Assembly (NCBI GenBank): GCA_035534555.1
Contig: DATLRQ010000163.1
Span: 19,446-83,445, forward strand
Reading direction: 5' to 3'
DNA from: Candidatus Micrarchaeaceae archaeon
Lineage (GTDB): Bacteria; Chloroflexota; Dormibacteria; Dormibacterales; Dormibacteraceae
DNA: 64,000 nt
Below, piece by piece: positions 1-9,961 of this stretch (within the stretch, counting starts at the first letter, position 1; every line of letters starts with the position of its first letter). The translations under genes and the position numbers were made by a program. Under the pieces are notes generated by a model. The model had not been told where the DNA came from and did no database searches. It saw only the letters and a list, made by a program, of their open reading frames with translations.

Positions 1-8
1 GACGGGCT

Positions 9-476
9 GTGATCGAGATGGGTGGCAAGGGCTCGGTCGAAGTCCTGGAGGCGCTGGCAGCGCTGAGGCTGGCTGCCAAGCAGATCCATGACCACATGGA
101 GCGTTTTGCTGAAAGCCATGGCCTCTCGGACAGTCGCCTTCGGGTGCTGACACGGCTGTATCACAGCCCAAGCCGGCGGCAGCCGTTGGGGGTGCTTGCC
201 GAGGGCCTGAACGTGACGCCAAGAACGATGACCGACATCATCGATGTCCTGGAGCGGGATGGGTTGGTGAAGCGCGTTTCCGACCCTGCGGATCGCCGCT
301 CGGTGTTGGCCCAGATTACCGATGCGGGACTGGACCGCATTAACGCAATGCGCCGGCACGCTTTGGCGAAGCAAGCGGCCATTGCCAAGGGGTTCACCGC
401 CGACCAGGTGGTGCAGCTTCGCCACCTTTGCCTGCTGCTGGTCCGCAACCTGAACGCCGACGCTGAAGGGAGCTGA
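9..476 (+). CDS. MarR-family transcriptional regulator
   Basis: 155-aa ORF. Winged-HTH core LRVLTRLY...LNVTPRTMTDIIDVLERDGLVKRVSDPADRR is typical of MarR. Sits directly upstream of two efflux pumps. Confidence 0.85.
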   Translation: MIEMGGKGSVEVLEALAALRLAAKQIHDHMERFAESHGLSDSRLRVLTRLYHSPSRRQPLGVLAEGLNVTPRTMTDIIDVLERDGLVKRVSDPADRRSVLAQITDAGLDRINAMRRHALAKQAAIAKGFTADQVVQLRHLCLLLVRNLNADAEGS

Positions 477-482
477 ACCAGA

Positions 483-3400
483 GTGCATTTCGTGACCCGC
501 CTGTCACTTCGTCTTGGGGCCGTCGTGCTCCTCGCCGTTGTGCTGCTCTTCGGAGTCGGCATCTTCGCGGCGACACAGGTTCAGCAGGACCTCCTGCCAA
601 ACATCTCTGTGCCCGCGCTCATCGTCATCACGCCCGACCCGGGTGCTTCGCCGCAACTCGTCGACGGCCAGGTCACCGTCCCGGTGGTCAATGCGATGGA
701 GGGCGTCGCCGGCACGGACACGGTGCAGTCCACTTCGAGTCAGGGCGCTTCGCTCGTTATCGTTCTGTTCAAGGACGGCACCGACTTGAAGTCAGCCGAG
801 CAGGACGCCAACAGCGCCCTGGCGGGGATCCGATCTCTGCTGCCTCCGCAGGCTTCTTCGTCGACTGTCCAGACCTTCTCCACGAATAGCCTGCCGATTC
901 TCGAGTACGCGATCTCCGCTGACGAGCCACTCGGTGATCTAGCCGGTCAACTGCAGTCCATGGCCGTGCCCAAGCTAAGGGGACTGGCGGGGATCTCAGC
1001 GGTCGACTTGAGCGGAGCCCCAACCAACGAGGTGGACGTTACTCTTGATCCCGCCAAGCTGGCGGCCCATGGCGTGAGCGTCACCCAAGTCGCTTCAGCG
1101 TTGCAGCAGGCTAGCGTCGTGGAGTCGGTCGGCTCCTTGAAGCTGGGGACGGCAACAATTCCGCTCCAGGTCTCGGGGTCGCTGACCAGCCTCGACCAGA
1201 TCGGCAAGGTCACTGTGACCCCGCCTTTCAACCCCGCGGCAGGTGGCCGCCCGCCCGCGCCGATTGCGATCAACCAGCTAGGCACGGTTCAAGTCACCTC
1301 GGTGCCGGCCGACACGATCACGCGAACCAACGGCAAGCCGACCATCGGTCTGCAGATCATCGATGGCCCGGACAGCAACACAGTGACTGTCGCCAACGAG
1401 GTCTGGAATGCGCTTCCGGGGATCGAGTCGTCAGTCGGCCACGGCGTCCATTTCGAATCGATCCAGGATCAAGCGACGCCGATTACTCAGGCTATCGGCA
1501 ACATCCTTCGGGAAGGACTGCTGGGCGCGGTCTTCGCGGTCCTGGTCATATTCGTCTTCCTTCGCAGTGGGCGCGCCACACTTGTGGCCGCGATCTCGAT
1601 CCCACTCTCCCTGCTGGTGGCACTGATCGTGCTGTGGTGGCAAGGGATCACCCTCAACATCCTCACCCTTGGCGGGATGATGGTCGCCATCGGGCGCGTG
1701 GTCGACGACTCCATCGTGGTGCTGGAGAACATCAGCCGCCATGTCAGCGAAGGCGAGCGTCCTCTCGTCGCCGCCTACACAGGCGCTCGCGAGATCATCA
1801 CCGCGGTCTCAGCGTCCACGCTGACGACGGTGGCGGTTTTCCTGCCAATCATCTTCCTGACCGGTATCGCCGGCAGCTTCTTCCGGCCATTCGCCCTGAC
1901 TGTGGTGGTGGCGCTACTCGCCTCGCTGGTGGTGGCGGTTACCGTCGTACCGCTGCTGGCTTCAAGGCTGCTCCCGGCGGTTCGCGCCGAGGGAGTCGAG
2001 CGCCGCCTCCGTTGGAACTGGACGCAGCGTGTCTACGTGCCGGTGATCAAGTGGGCGACGAGCCATCGTTTGGTGACGCTCGGGGTGGCGGCGGTGTTCT
2101 TCATCGCTTCAATGGCACTCATCCCCCTTTTGCGAGTGAATCTGCTCGACCAATCCTCCAGCCCTACCTTCCCGGTCGCGATCTCGATGCCGGTGAACTC
2201 CACGCTGTCTGAGACAGACTCCGAGACGCAGAAGATCGAGGCGCTGATTGCCGGTGTGCCCGGGATCGCCGCTTACCAGGCGATCGTGGGCGGCCAAACC
2301 GATCCATTCGCGCCCCCGGGCACGGTCCCGGCCGACCCCAGCCAGGCGTCGGTGTTGGTACTCGTCCAGAGCGGGCAATACGACAGCGCGGTGGCAGGAG
2401 TAACCCGTGCTCTCAGCGCCTACCACGGGCCCGCCACACTCCTGGTGGGGCAGTCCCAAAGCAGCGCCAACGCCAGCAGCAGTCAGATGCAGGTCGACGT
2501 CCGCGCGGGCGACCCGGCCACCCTGCAGGCAGCCAGTGATCAGGTGTTCGCCGCCCTCTCGAAGGTGAAGGGCCTGGCCCAGCTCGCGTCGAACCTGGTG
2601 GTCTCCAAGCCGCAGTACCAGCTGGTCCCGACCGACAAGCTGGCCACCTCGGGCCTAAACATCGAGACCCTGGCCGCATTAGTCGCTCAATCGGTAAACG
2701 GCCAGGTGGCGACTCAGGCCAATTTGCCCCAGGGCACGATGATCGTCCGCGTCCAGCTACCGCCCGGAACCGCCGACACCGCAGCCGCTCTAGCTTCGCT
2801 GCCGGTCGCGACCGCCTTCGGGATAGTGCCTCTGTCCACGATCGCGACCATCCAGGAGGTGACTGGCCCGCAGACGGTGAATCGGGTCAACGGCGCGTTG
2901 GACGCGACCATCACCGGCACCATCACGGCCAACGACACGCGTGCGGTCCAGACGAGCGTCACGAATGCGCTCAACGGTGTCTCACTGCCGGCGGGCGCAT
3001 CGCTCTCGACCGGCGGCGTCTTTGCGCAACTCTCGACCGTGCTAACGCAATTTGCCCTTGCCCTGCTAGCGGCGATCGGGCTCGTCTACCTGATCATGGT
3101 TGCGACCTTCCGCTCGCTGTTGAAGCCATTGGTGCTGCTGGTGGCAATTCCGTTCGCGGCGACTGGGGCGATCATCGCGCTCGTCCTTACCAACACTTCG
3201 TTATCACTTCCCGGCCTGATCGGAATCCTGATGCTGACCGGCATCGTGGTCACCAACGCCATCGTCCTGCTCGACCTCATAGAGCAGTACCGCGACCGCG
3301 GCTTGAGCCTGCACGACGCCATCATCGAGGGCGGCCGGCACCGTCTGCGCCCGATCCTGATGACCGCCATTGCCACCATGCTGGCTTTGGTCCCGCTGGC

Positions 3401-3953
3401 GGTAATCGGCGGTGGTGGCGGGATCGGTGGCGCTTTCATCAGCCGCCCGCTAGCGATCGTCGTCATCGGCGGTCTGTTCACCAGCACGGTGCTGACCCTG
3501 GTTCTGGTCCCGGTCCTCTACTCGTTGGTGTCCCGCTTCGCCAGTCGCCGCTCCACCAGAGACCTGGATGAGATGCTGGACGCCGCCGAGGAGCGCAGGT
3601 TTAAACCGATTGGCGGACGCGGATCCGCACCTGTGGTTGCCACCAACTCCGGCGATGGGGTCGGCAGAACCTTCTCGGTCAGCGTCCTCCTAGAGCCCGA
3701 GCCCGGCCGGCCAGGAGATCGCACCGTGCTTCAACAGCTTGCCAGCAGCGGCTTATCGATCGCTCCTGTCACAGGCTCGGCCAAATTCACCATCACGATT
3801 GCCACGGTTGAGGCTGAATCCGAGGCTGACGCCAAAGACGTCGCTGTTTCCACAGTAAAAGGAATGCTTCCACGAGAAGGCTATGTCGTCTCGCATCCTG
3901 AAGTCCACGTTGAAGAAGGGCTAGTGGGAGCCACCACGGCGCAAACGGCTTGA
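483..3953 (+). CDS. RND-superfamily efflux permease (AcrB/HAE-like) with a ~130-aa soluble C-terminal tail
   Basis: 1156-aa ORF with GTG start 7 nt after marR. Two large periplasmic loops and about 12 TM segments. TM4-type motif GGMMVAIGRVVDDSIVVLENI. Confidence 0.85.
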   Translation: MHFVTRLSLRLGAVVLLAVVLLFGVGIFAATQVQQDLLPNISVPALIVITPDPGASPQLVDGQVTVPVVNAMEGVAGTDTVQSTSSQGASLVIVLFKDGTDLKSAEQDANSALAGIRSLLPPQASSSTVQTFSTNSLPILEYAISADEPLGDLAGQLQSMAVPKLRGLAGISAVDLSGAPTNEVDVTLDPAKLAAHGVSVTQVASALQQASVVESVGSLKLGTATIPLQVSGSLTSLDQIGKVTVTPPFNPAAGGRPPAPIAINQLGTVQVTSVPADTITRTNGKPTIGLQIIDGPDSNTVTVANEVWNALPGIESSVGHGVHFESIQDQATPITQAIGNILREGLLGAVFAVLVIFVFLRSGRATLVAAISIPLSLLVALIVLWWQGITLNILTLGGMMVAIGRVVDDSIVVLENISRHVSEGERPLVAAYTGAREIITAVSASTLTTVAVFLPIIFLTGIAGSFFRPFALTVVVALLASLVVAVTVVPLLASRLLPAVRAEGVERRLRWNWTQRVYVPVIKWATSHRLVTLGVAAVFFIASMALIPLLRVNLLDQSSSPTFPVAISMPVNSTLSETDSETQKIEALIAGVPGIAAYQAIVGGQTDPFAPPGTVPADPSQASVLVLVQSGQYDSAVAGVTRALSAYHGPATLLVGQSQSSANASSSQMQVDVRAGDPATLQAASDQVFAALSKVKGLAQLASNLVVSKPQYQLVPTDKLATSGLNIETLAALVAQSVNGQVATQANLPQGTMIVRVQLPPGTADTAAALASLPVATAFGIVPLSTIATIQEVTGPQTVNRVNGALDATITGTITANDTRAVQTSVTNALNGVSLPAGASLSTGGVFAQLSTVLTQFALALLAAIGLVYLIMVATFRSLLKPLVLLVAIPFAATGAIIALVLTNTSLSLPGLIGILMLTGIVVTNAIVLLDLIEQYRDRGLSLHDAIIEGGRHRLRPILMTAIATMLALVPLAVIGGGGGIGGAFISRPLAIVVIGGLFTSTVLTLVLVPVLYSLVSRFASRRSTRDLDEMLDAAEERRFKPIGGRGSAPVVATNSGDGVGRTFSVSVLLEPEPGRPGDRTVLQQLASSGLSIAPVTGSAKFTITIATVEAESEADAKDVAVSTVKGMLPREGYVVSHPEVHVEEGLVGATTAQTA

Positions 3954-3993
3954 GCCGATGATCTCGCTAGAAGGCTAGTAAAGGACTAAGAAG

Positions 3994-5721
3994 ATGGCTG
4001 CAATCGAGGAACGTCGTCCGCCGGCCGCACCGCAAGTCGTCACCGAGCCGGGCGCCGCGTCACCATCGCTGATGTCGCTTCCCCCACGGGCGAAATTGAC
4101 GATCCTGGGGGCAATCCTGCTGACGATGTTTCTGGCCTCGTTGGACCAGACCGTGGTTGGCACCGCCCTGCCGCGTATCGTCACCGATCTCAACGGGGCC
4201 AGCCTGTATGCCTGGGTGGTGAGCGCCTACTTGCTATCCTCAACAGTGACGGTTCCGATCTATGGAAAGTTCTCGGACGTCTTCGGTCGCAAACGAATGC
4301 TGATGATCGGTGTCTGCATCTTCCTCGCCGGTTCTTGGCTCTCGGGCGCCTCGCAGAACATGACCGAGTTGGTCGCGTTTCGGGCCGTGCAAGGCCTTGG
4401 CGCCGGAGCCCTGTTCCCGATCGTGATGGCCATGATCGGAGATCTCTACAGCCCTCGTGAGCGGGGCCGGTTCCAGGGCTTGTTCGGCGGCGTGTTCGCG
4501 CTGAGCTTCATCGTCGGGCCCTTCATCGGTGGCTGGATCACCGACAACATCAGCTGGCATTGGGTGTTCTACGTCAACGTGCCGTTTGGAATCGCGGCCC
4601 TGACGGTATTGGCAATCGTGCTACCAAGCGCCGGGCGCCGCAAGGCATCGCTCCGGGATCTCGACTATTTGGGAATCGTTTTCTTTACGGCCGGGGTGGT
4701 GCCGTTCATGCTCGGGCTCACCAACAAGGGGAACGTCACCAGCTCGGGACAGCTCGCGAGCTGGACCGACCTCAACGTGGGTGGGCTGATCGCCCTCGGA
4801 CTTGCCGTCTTGGTGGTGTTCTTGTTCATCGAGTCCAGGGCGAAGGAACCCATCCTCCCGCTCGACCTGTTCAAGCGCCGTGATTACTCGGTGAGCATGG
4901 CGGCGGTGTTCGTGTTCGGCGTCGCCATGTTCGCAGCGGTGATCTTCATGCCGCGCTTCTACCAGACGGTTCGCGGCATCAGCGCGACGGCTTCCGGTTA
5001 CTACATCTGGCCGCTGCTAGTCGGCCTGATGGGAGGGAGCATCGGCACTGGGCTGATGATCAGCCGACTGGGCCGTTACAAGTGGTTGATGACCGCCGGC
5101 GCGGTGGTGATGCTGGTGGGCGGCTTCTTGATGACGCACTTGACGGCGGGTGTTTCCGATTGGGTGCTCTGGTCGTGGATGCTCGTGCTTGGCCTCGGCA
5201 TCGGGCCGGCGATGGCCGGATACACGGTTGTGGTTCAGAACTCGGTTCCGACGGATCGCCTCGGTGTGGCCACCAGCACCCTCACATTCCTGCGGCAGAT
5301 CGGCGCCTCGGTGGGACTGGCCGCTGCCGGCACCATCTTCTCGTCCTCCTTCGCCGGCCGGCTGCCGACGAATCTTGCCGAACAGGGCGTGCCACCACCG
5401 CTGATCGGCCAGCTCGTGAAGCTGGCGGGTGCCCTACAGAACGTAGGCAACGGGCGGGCTTTGCTTGAGCAGGCGCTGCCTGGGCCACTGCAGGCGTTGA
5501 TTCCCAAGGTGATCGCCGGCGCCGACAATGCGTTGGCTCTGTCGATTGGTGATCTTTTCTGGATCACGCTCGTGGCCGGAGCGTTAGGGCTGATATGCAC
5601 CCTGATCCTTCGCGACCTGCCACTACGTACAGCCGCCGAACTGCGGTCTGGCGCGGCGACCTCGGAAGGCGATGGTCGCGTGCCTGTGATCGGTGCCGGC
5701 GTTTCTGAGCCTGCGTCCTAG
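3994..5721 (+). CDS. MFS transporter, DHA2 (EmrB/QacA-like, 14-TMS) drug:H+ antiporter family
   Basis: 575 aa. MFS motif A GKFSDVFGRKRM and motif C-like GPFIGGW, with many hydrophobic segments. Confidence 0.85.
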   Translation: MAAIEERRPPAAPQVVTEPGAASPSLMSLPPRAKLTILGAILLTMFLASLDQTVVGTALPRIVTDLNGASLYAWVVSAYLLSSTVTVPIYGKFSDVFGRKRMLMIGVCIFLAGSWLSGASQNMTELVAFRAVQGLGAGALFPIVMAMIGDLYSPRERGRFQGLFGGVFALSFIVGPFIGGWITDNISWHWVFYVNVPFGIAALTVLAIVLPSAGRRKASLRDLDYLGIVFFTAGVVPFMLGLTNKGNVTSSGQLASWTDLNVGGLIALGLAVLVVFLFIESRAKEPILPLDLFKRRDYSVSMAAVFVFGVAMFAAVIFMPRFYQTVRGISATASGYYIWPLLVGLMGGSIGTGLMISRLGRYKWLMTAGAVVMLVGGFLMTHLTAGVSDWVLWSWMLVLGLGIGPAMAGYTVVVQNSVPTDRLGVATSTLTFLRQIGASVGLAAAGTIFSSSFAGRLPTNLAEQGVPPPLIGQLVKLAGALQNVGNGRALLEQALPGPLQALIPKVIAGADNALALSIGDLFWITLVAGALGLICTLILRDLPLRTAAELRSGAATSEGDGRVPVIGAGVSEPAS

Positions 5722-6039
5722 CGATTAGGGAGACGCTGGTCAGCGGACGTGTTGTCGGCCTCGGCGCATGACGGTCGATGACTTGTCGCATGGTCCAAGT
5801 GAGCAATCACCCTATCTATCAGAACGTGTTGGCTTACGTCGTTATGTGGCGAGGTGCCCGATGCGTGGATATGGAACCACCTAATCAACCCATACCTAGC
5901 CCAAAGCAAGACGATAAGGGTTGCGATGATTTCTACCTGGTCGAGGGCAGGAGCTCCACATTTCTTACCAATTTCCGGAGTCCTGATAACCCGGCAGCCT
6001 GATGGCATTCGGGAGCCGAGACGCCTACTGTTGGCGCAA

Positions 6040-6477
6040 ATGTCGCGGCAGAAGGTGTGGGCTTTTTCGCTACGAGTGGCATCGGGACTGGCGGCTGTCC
6101 TGCTGACAGCTGCCGCCATCCTGTACACACCAATTGCCCTCAGCTCTCAGTCAACTGCCGGGATGGACCTGAGGACCCATCTGCTGCTGGTGGTCGTCGT
6201 CATCTCCGCTGCGGGGACCTGGATCATGACCATCAGGCCGAACCGGCGCGCATCGCGGTTCATTTCAAGCATCGCCGGGGGCTTCAACGGCATCTGGATC
6301 TTCAGTGGCATCGGGCTGCCCGTGGTTGTGGCCAGCCTCATCGCGATCTTCGTCGCAGCGATCGGCCTGCCTCGGCGTGTCGCCGCCGTGGTGGTTGCTT
6401 TGGCGCTGGTCGGCTTGGGTGTGGGACTGATCGTTGTGCGTCTAACGGAGCCGCCTGGAGAGCACATCTTCGGCTGA
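6040..6477 (+). CDS. hypothetical small integral membrane protein
   Basis: Internal ATG (MSRQKVW...) of ORF 5854..6477, followed by about 4 hydrophobic helices. No family recognised, and the start is uncertain. Confidence 0.45.
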   Translation: MSRQKVWAFSLRVASGLAAVLLTAAAILYTPIALSSQSTAGMDLRTHLLLVVVVISAAGTWIMTIRPNRRASRFISSIAGGFNGIWIFSGIGLPVVVASLIAIFVAAIGLPRRVAAVVVALALVGLGVGLIVVRLTEPPGEHIFG

Positions 6478-6531
6478 GGTGGAAGACGGGCGAACCGTTA
6501 CCGCGGCGGGTCGTGATCGTTAGGACCACAT

Positions 6532-7176
6532 ATGGTTGGTGACGTGGTGCCTGATCCGAGCGAATCCGAATCAGAGCCTGCCGCGCGTCCTGGTTGGCGC
6601 CGCCGACGAGCCTTAGGGCTGATAGCGGCTGCCGCGATCGTGACGGCGGCCGCGAGCGTGGCCTACCTGGATCCGCCGAGCACCTCATTGGTAGGAATCT
6701 TGACGGCGAGGCTCGGAACTCCAACCCCGCCCCACTACCAGCCGCCGGGAGGGCCTGCACCACTGGAACCCACGCCGACGAGCACTTCAACGCCGCGGAC
6801 AGGCGGCCTTGTGCGGCGCGGTGCGATTCGCGTCATGGTCGAAAGATTCGGAGGACTGAATGACCAGCCTCCGTTGAGCTTGATTGCCTCGGTCGCGGTA
6901 AGCGATCCCGCCGCGGTCAACCACATCCTCATGCAGCTAAACGACCTGCCTCCATTTCCGGGCGGGACTTTCTGTCCAATGGACGATGGCTCGTACTTTG
7001 CGCTGATCTTCACCTATGTGGACGGAACGAAGGTGAGCGTCAAGGTCGAAGCGAGGGGCTGTGGGGAGGTGTTCGTCGGGGACTCCGCGCAGCCGGTTGC
7101 CTGGACGGCGACTTCGCCGAATTTCGTCGCCACGCTGCAAGGACTGTTCGCTCCGGCATCGGGAGCCGGAGGATAA
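6532..7176 (+). CDS. hypothetical membrane-anchored or secreted protein
   Basis: 214 aa. N-terminal RRRR followed by a hydrophobic anchor (ALGLIAAAAIVTAAASVAYL), then a Pro/Thr linker and a globular C-terminal domain with 2 Cys. Confidence 0.5.
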   Translation: MVGDVVPDPSESESEPAARPGWRRRRALGLIAAAAIVTAAASVAYLDPPSTSLVGILTARLGTPTPPHYQPPGGPAPLEPTPTSTSTPRTGGLVRRGAIRVMVERFGGLNDQPPLSLIASVAVSDPAAVNHILMQLNDLPPFPGGTFCPMDDGSYFALIFTYVDGTKVSVKVEARGCGEVFVGDSAQPVAWTATSPNFVATLQGLFAPASGAGG

Positions 7177-7186
7177 CCGCCAGGCT

Positions 7187-8164
7187 TCAGGTTGGGGGTG
7201 GCAATGGGGTCTGGGTCAAGTCGAAGCAGTCCGCCATCCCGTCAGCCGCTGCGGTGCGTGGGTTCAAAGAGGGTAGGCCAAATGTGGTCTCGCAGAACTT
7301 GATCAGGCTGACATGCGAGTGGAGCGCCTTGGAGACGTAGCCTTGGCGCGCGTACGGGCTCAGCACCAGGCAACCAACACGCCCCCCATATCGGAACTGC
7401 GTACCATCCGTCCACTTCTCGACCTCCGTGGGTGTCACATGATCCCACCACCCGCCCCAGTCATCCCAGGTGATGAAGATCGCGACCTGCGGCCACAGAC
7501 CCGCGGCCACGACTGCGTTGACCTGGTCCACAGTCCACTGCATCCCATTGGTCACGTTGCCGTTGCCGGCAGCCCTTTCCGCCGCGGTATCTGCAGGGTG
7601 CTCGCTGTGAACGCCGTCGGAATAGAGCCATGAGACCGAAGGCAGCGTGCCCGCGGCGGCGTCCTTTGCGAATTGCTGCCAGGTCCGGTTCTTGCCGGCC
7701 GTGTACTTGATGAACTCGAAGGCGTAGCCGCCATAGTTGCCCCACGTGAGTCCCGTGGCGTCGAGCTGGGAGGGCAGGCTGGGCTGGTTGTAAAGAGGCG
7801 GTCCAGGCTTCACTCGGTAATTGGTGCTCGGGTTGTTGATCAGTGCCGTGTCGGCCATGATCAGCATCAGGTGGTTGGGCGTCGAAGGGCCGGCCACGTC
7901 GGTGAAGTAGTTGTCGCAGAGGCTGAATTCGCTCGCGTAGCTCCAGTAATGCGGAATGTCAGCCTGCTCGAACTGCACCCGGGGCGCGGTGGTGTCCCGG
8001 CTGAGCCAGGCCGCATGCCGGTGGTCAGGATCCTTCGGCGGCGGGTTTGGGCTCCGCGACATCGTGGCCCCATTGCCGCCAGGGAACGCTCCGAAGTAGT
8101 TGTCGTAGCCGTGGTTCTCCTTGACGATGATCACGACATGCTTGATCGGGCTCGTCGAGGCCAT
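7187..8164 (-). CDS. phosphoesterase-family protein (phospholipase C / AcpA acid phosphatase family)
   Basis: Motif HVVIIVKENHGYDNYFG near the N-terminus. The start is placed at the internal ATG (MASTSPIK), 2 nt after the upstream gene's stop. Confidence 0.8.
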   Translation of the reverse strand: MASTSPIKHVVIIVKENHGYDNYFGAFPGGNGATMSRSPNPPPKDPDHRHAAWLSRDTTAPRVQFEQADIPHYWSYASEFSLCDNYFTDVAGPSTPNHLMLIMADTALINNPSTNYRVKPGPPLYNQPSLPSQLDATGLTWGNYGGYAFEFIKYTAGKNRTWQQFAKDAAAGTLPSVSWLYSDGVHSEHPADTAAERAAGNGNVTNGMQWTVDQVNAVVAAGLWPQVAIFITWDDWGGWWDHVTPTEVEKWTDGTQFRYGGRVGCLVLSPYARQGYVSKALHSHVSLIKFCETTFGLPSLNPRTAAADGMADCFDLTQTPLPPPT

Positions 8165-8166
8165 CT

Positions 8167-8958
8167 TCAGATGCACCGTCCCGCGTGATTCGACCACTCC
8201 AGCTGGACCGTGTAATTGCCAAGCTTCTTGGTTTGCCACGCGCAGATGTCGCCAATCTCTCCGTTGGTATCGTCATACCAACCCTGACCTGGAATCGGGT
8301 CGGTGATCGCTTCGCACAGCTCGTGTGATGTCGTCGACGTCAATGCGTCGAGAGCCGTGAGCGAGCCGGTGCAGCCAGTGCAGTCGGGATACGGCATGAC
8401 TGCATAGAAGATCTGACCATTGATGTCGCTGTGATAACCGCAGAAGGTCGAGCACGAGCTGCTGCCGCCGAGGCTGACGGCAACCCCTGGCGGGGCGAAG
8501 ACGAAATACAGCGAGTTCGGCGTGGGCTGCGGTACGGCCGAGTTCGTCGAGATCTGCTGCTGTATCAGCTGCTGGATCGCGCTGTCGTCGACCGATGCAG
8601 CAAGCGCACCGGGGATCGGCATTGCGCCGAGACTGGCGCCGTGGCTGATGTTGCGACCGGCGACTCCGTATTCACCCAGCTGATCGATAAGAGGGCTGGT
8701 CACGACGTAGTCGAAGAACGCCGTGATCTGCTTAACGAGCCCCGCTTGCGGTTGGCCCTGCCAGCCGTCGCCCCAAAAGAAACTGAAGATCTGCACCGCG
8801 GTCAGCAGCGGGCCGCCGCGGTACGTGAGGCTCGGCGCAGCTGTCGGCGCGGGCGCGAGGCGGGCGTCGTCGCGCAAGGGAACAACCCGAATCGGATCGC
8901 GCGGAGTGCTGTGTGCGGCTCCCGAGGCGGATGGGCGTGTTGCCATTTGGACCTCCAT
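8167..8958 (-). CDS. conserved hypothetical protein, Cys-rich C-terminal half with an SHELCEAITDP motif
   Basis: 263-aa ORF with coherent codon usage, tightly packed upstream of the phosphoesterase gene. No family assignable by eye. Confidence 0.6.
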   Translation of the reverse strand: MEVQMATRPSASGAAHSTPRDPIRVVPLRDDARLAPAPTAAPSLTYRGGPLLTAVQIFSFFWGDGWQGQPQAGLVKQITAFFDYVVTSPLIDQLGEYGVAGRNISHGASLGAMPIPGALAASVDDSAIQQLIQQQISTNSAVPQPTPNSLYFVFAPPGVAVSLGGSSSCSTFCGYHSDINGQIFYAVMPYPDCTGCTGSLTALDALTSTTSHELCEAITDPIPGQGWYDDTNGEIGDICAWQTKKLGNYTVQLEWSNHAGRCI

Positions 8959-9041
8959 GGCACCTGGATGATTCGGTGCCCAAGTCCTCGATTAGGATGA
9001 GCACACCAAGCGCCTACAAACAGGGTACCGAGGATTGGTGA

Positions 9042-9890
9042 ATGACTGACCGGTCGGCGATAACTGCTCGCCACCTCAAGCTGCAGTCGGGCGAGGTCGC
9101 GTGTGAGATCTCGGGATCGGAAACGGGCCGGTTGGTGATCGGCATCCCTGGTCTTAGCGCGAACCTGCGCAGCTTCGACGTCATCTTCGACGCGCTCGAC
9201 GGCAGCCGGCATCGCAAGGTGGCCTTCGATCCTCGTGGGCGGGGCCACAGCGACCAGACCGGGCCTGGCACTTACGGGTGGCCATCCCACGCCAAGGACG
9301 TCATCGAGATCGCCGATCAACTCGGGGCCGAGACCTTCGACGTGATCGGTTGGTCGATGGGGGCCTGGATCGCCATGGTGGTCGCCCAGATGGCGCCGGA
9401 TCGCGTCCGCCGGGTCGTGCTCGTGGACGCTGCCGGTCTGCCCCAGGGGTCGATCAAGGTGCCCGTGTATGCGGGCCTTGACCGGCTGGCGGCCGTCTTC
9501 CCCTCCCGCGAAGCCTTCATGACGCTCGCCCGGAACCTGCCGCACTACCAGCCCTGGCCTCCCTGGGAACGGCTCTTCGACTACGAGCTGGTCGACGTGG
9601 AGGGAGGCGTGTCGTTTCGGACCCAGAAGGCGGCGCCCTGGGAGGACGAGCAGTACCGTCTCCAGCAGGATCCCTACGCGCTCTGGGCGGCGCTGACGAT
9701 GCCGGTCTTGCTGGTGCGTGCGGCGCAGGAGGTGCCGCCCAACTTCGGCTACCTGATCACCGAGGATGAGTACGCCCGGTTCCTACTCGAGGTCCCCACC
9801 GCCGAGGGGGTCGAGATCGAGGCCAACCACTACACGGTGGGGATGGCGCCGGCGGCGGCGCAGGCGATAGCCGGCTTCCTCGACCGGTAG
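9042..9890 (+). CDS. alpha/beta-fold hydrolase
   Basis: 282 aa with nucleophile elbow GWSMGAW and an HG-type oxyanion region (VIGIPGLSAN). Confidence 0.8.
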   Translation: MTDRSAITARHLKLQSGEVACEISGSETGRLVIGIPGLSANLRSFDVIFDALDGSRHRKVAFDPRGRGHSDQTGPGTYGWPSHAKDVIEIADQLGAETFDVIGWSMGAWIAMVVAQMAPDRVRRVVLVDAAGLPQGSIKVPVYAGLDRLAAVFPSREAFMTLARNLPHYQPWPPWERLFDYELVDVEGGVSFRTQKAAPWEDEQYRLQQDPYALWAALTMPVLLVRAAQEVPPNFGYLITEDEYARFLLEVPTAEGVEIEANHYTVGMAPAAAQAIAGFLDR

Positions 9891-9961
9891 CCCTCCGCCG
9901 GGCGCGACAACCGGCGGCTGGCCGCCGACCGTCATAAGATTCAGGCGCTGGTGGAAAAGCC

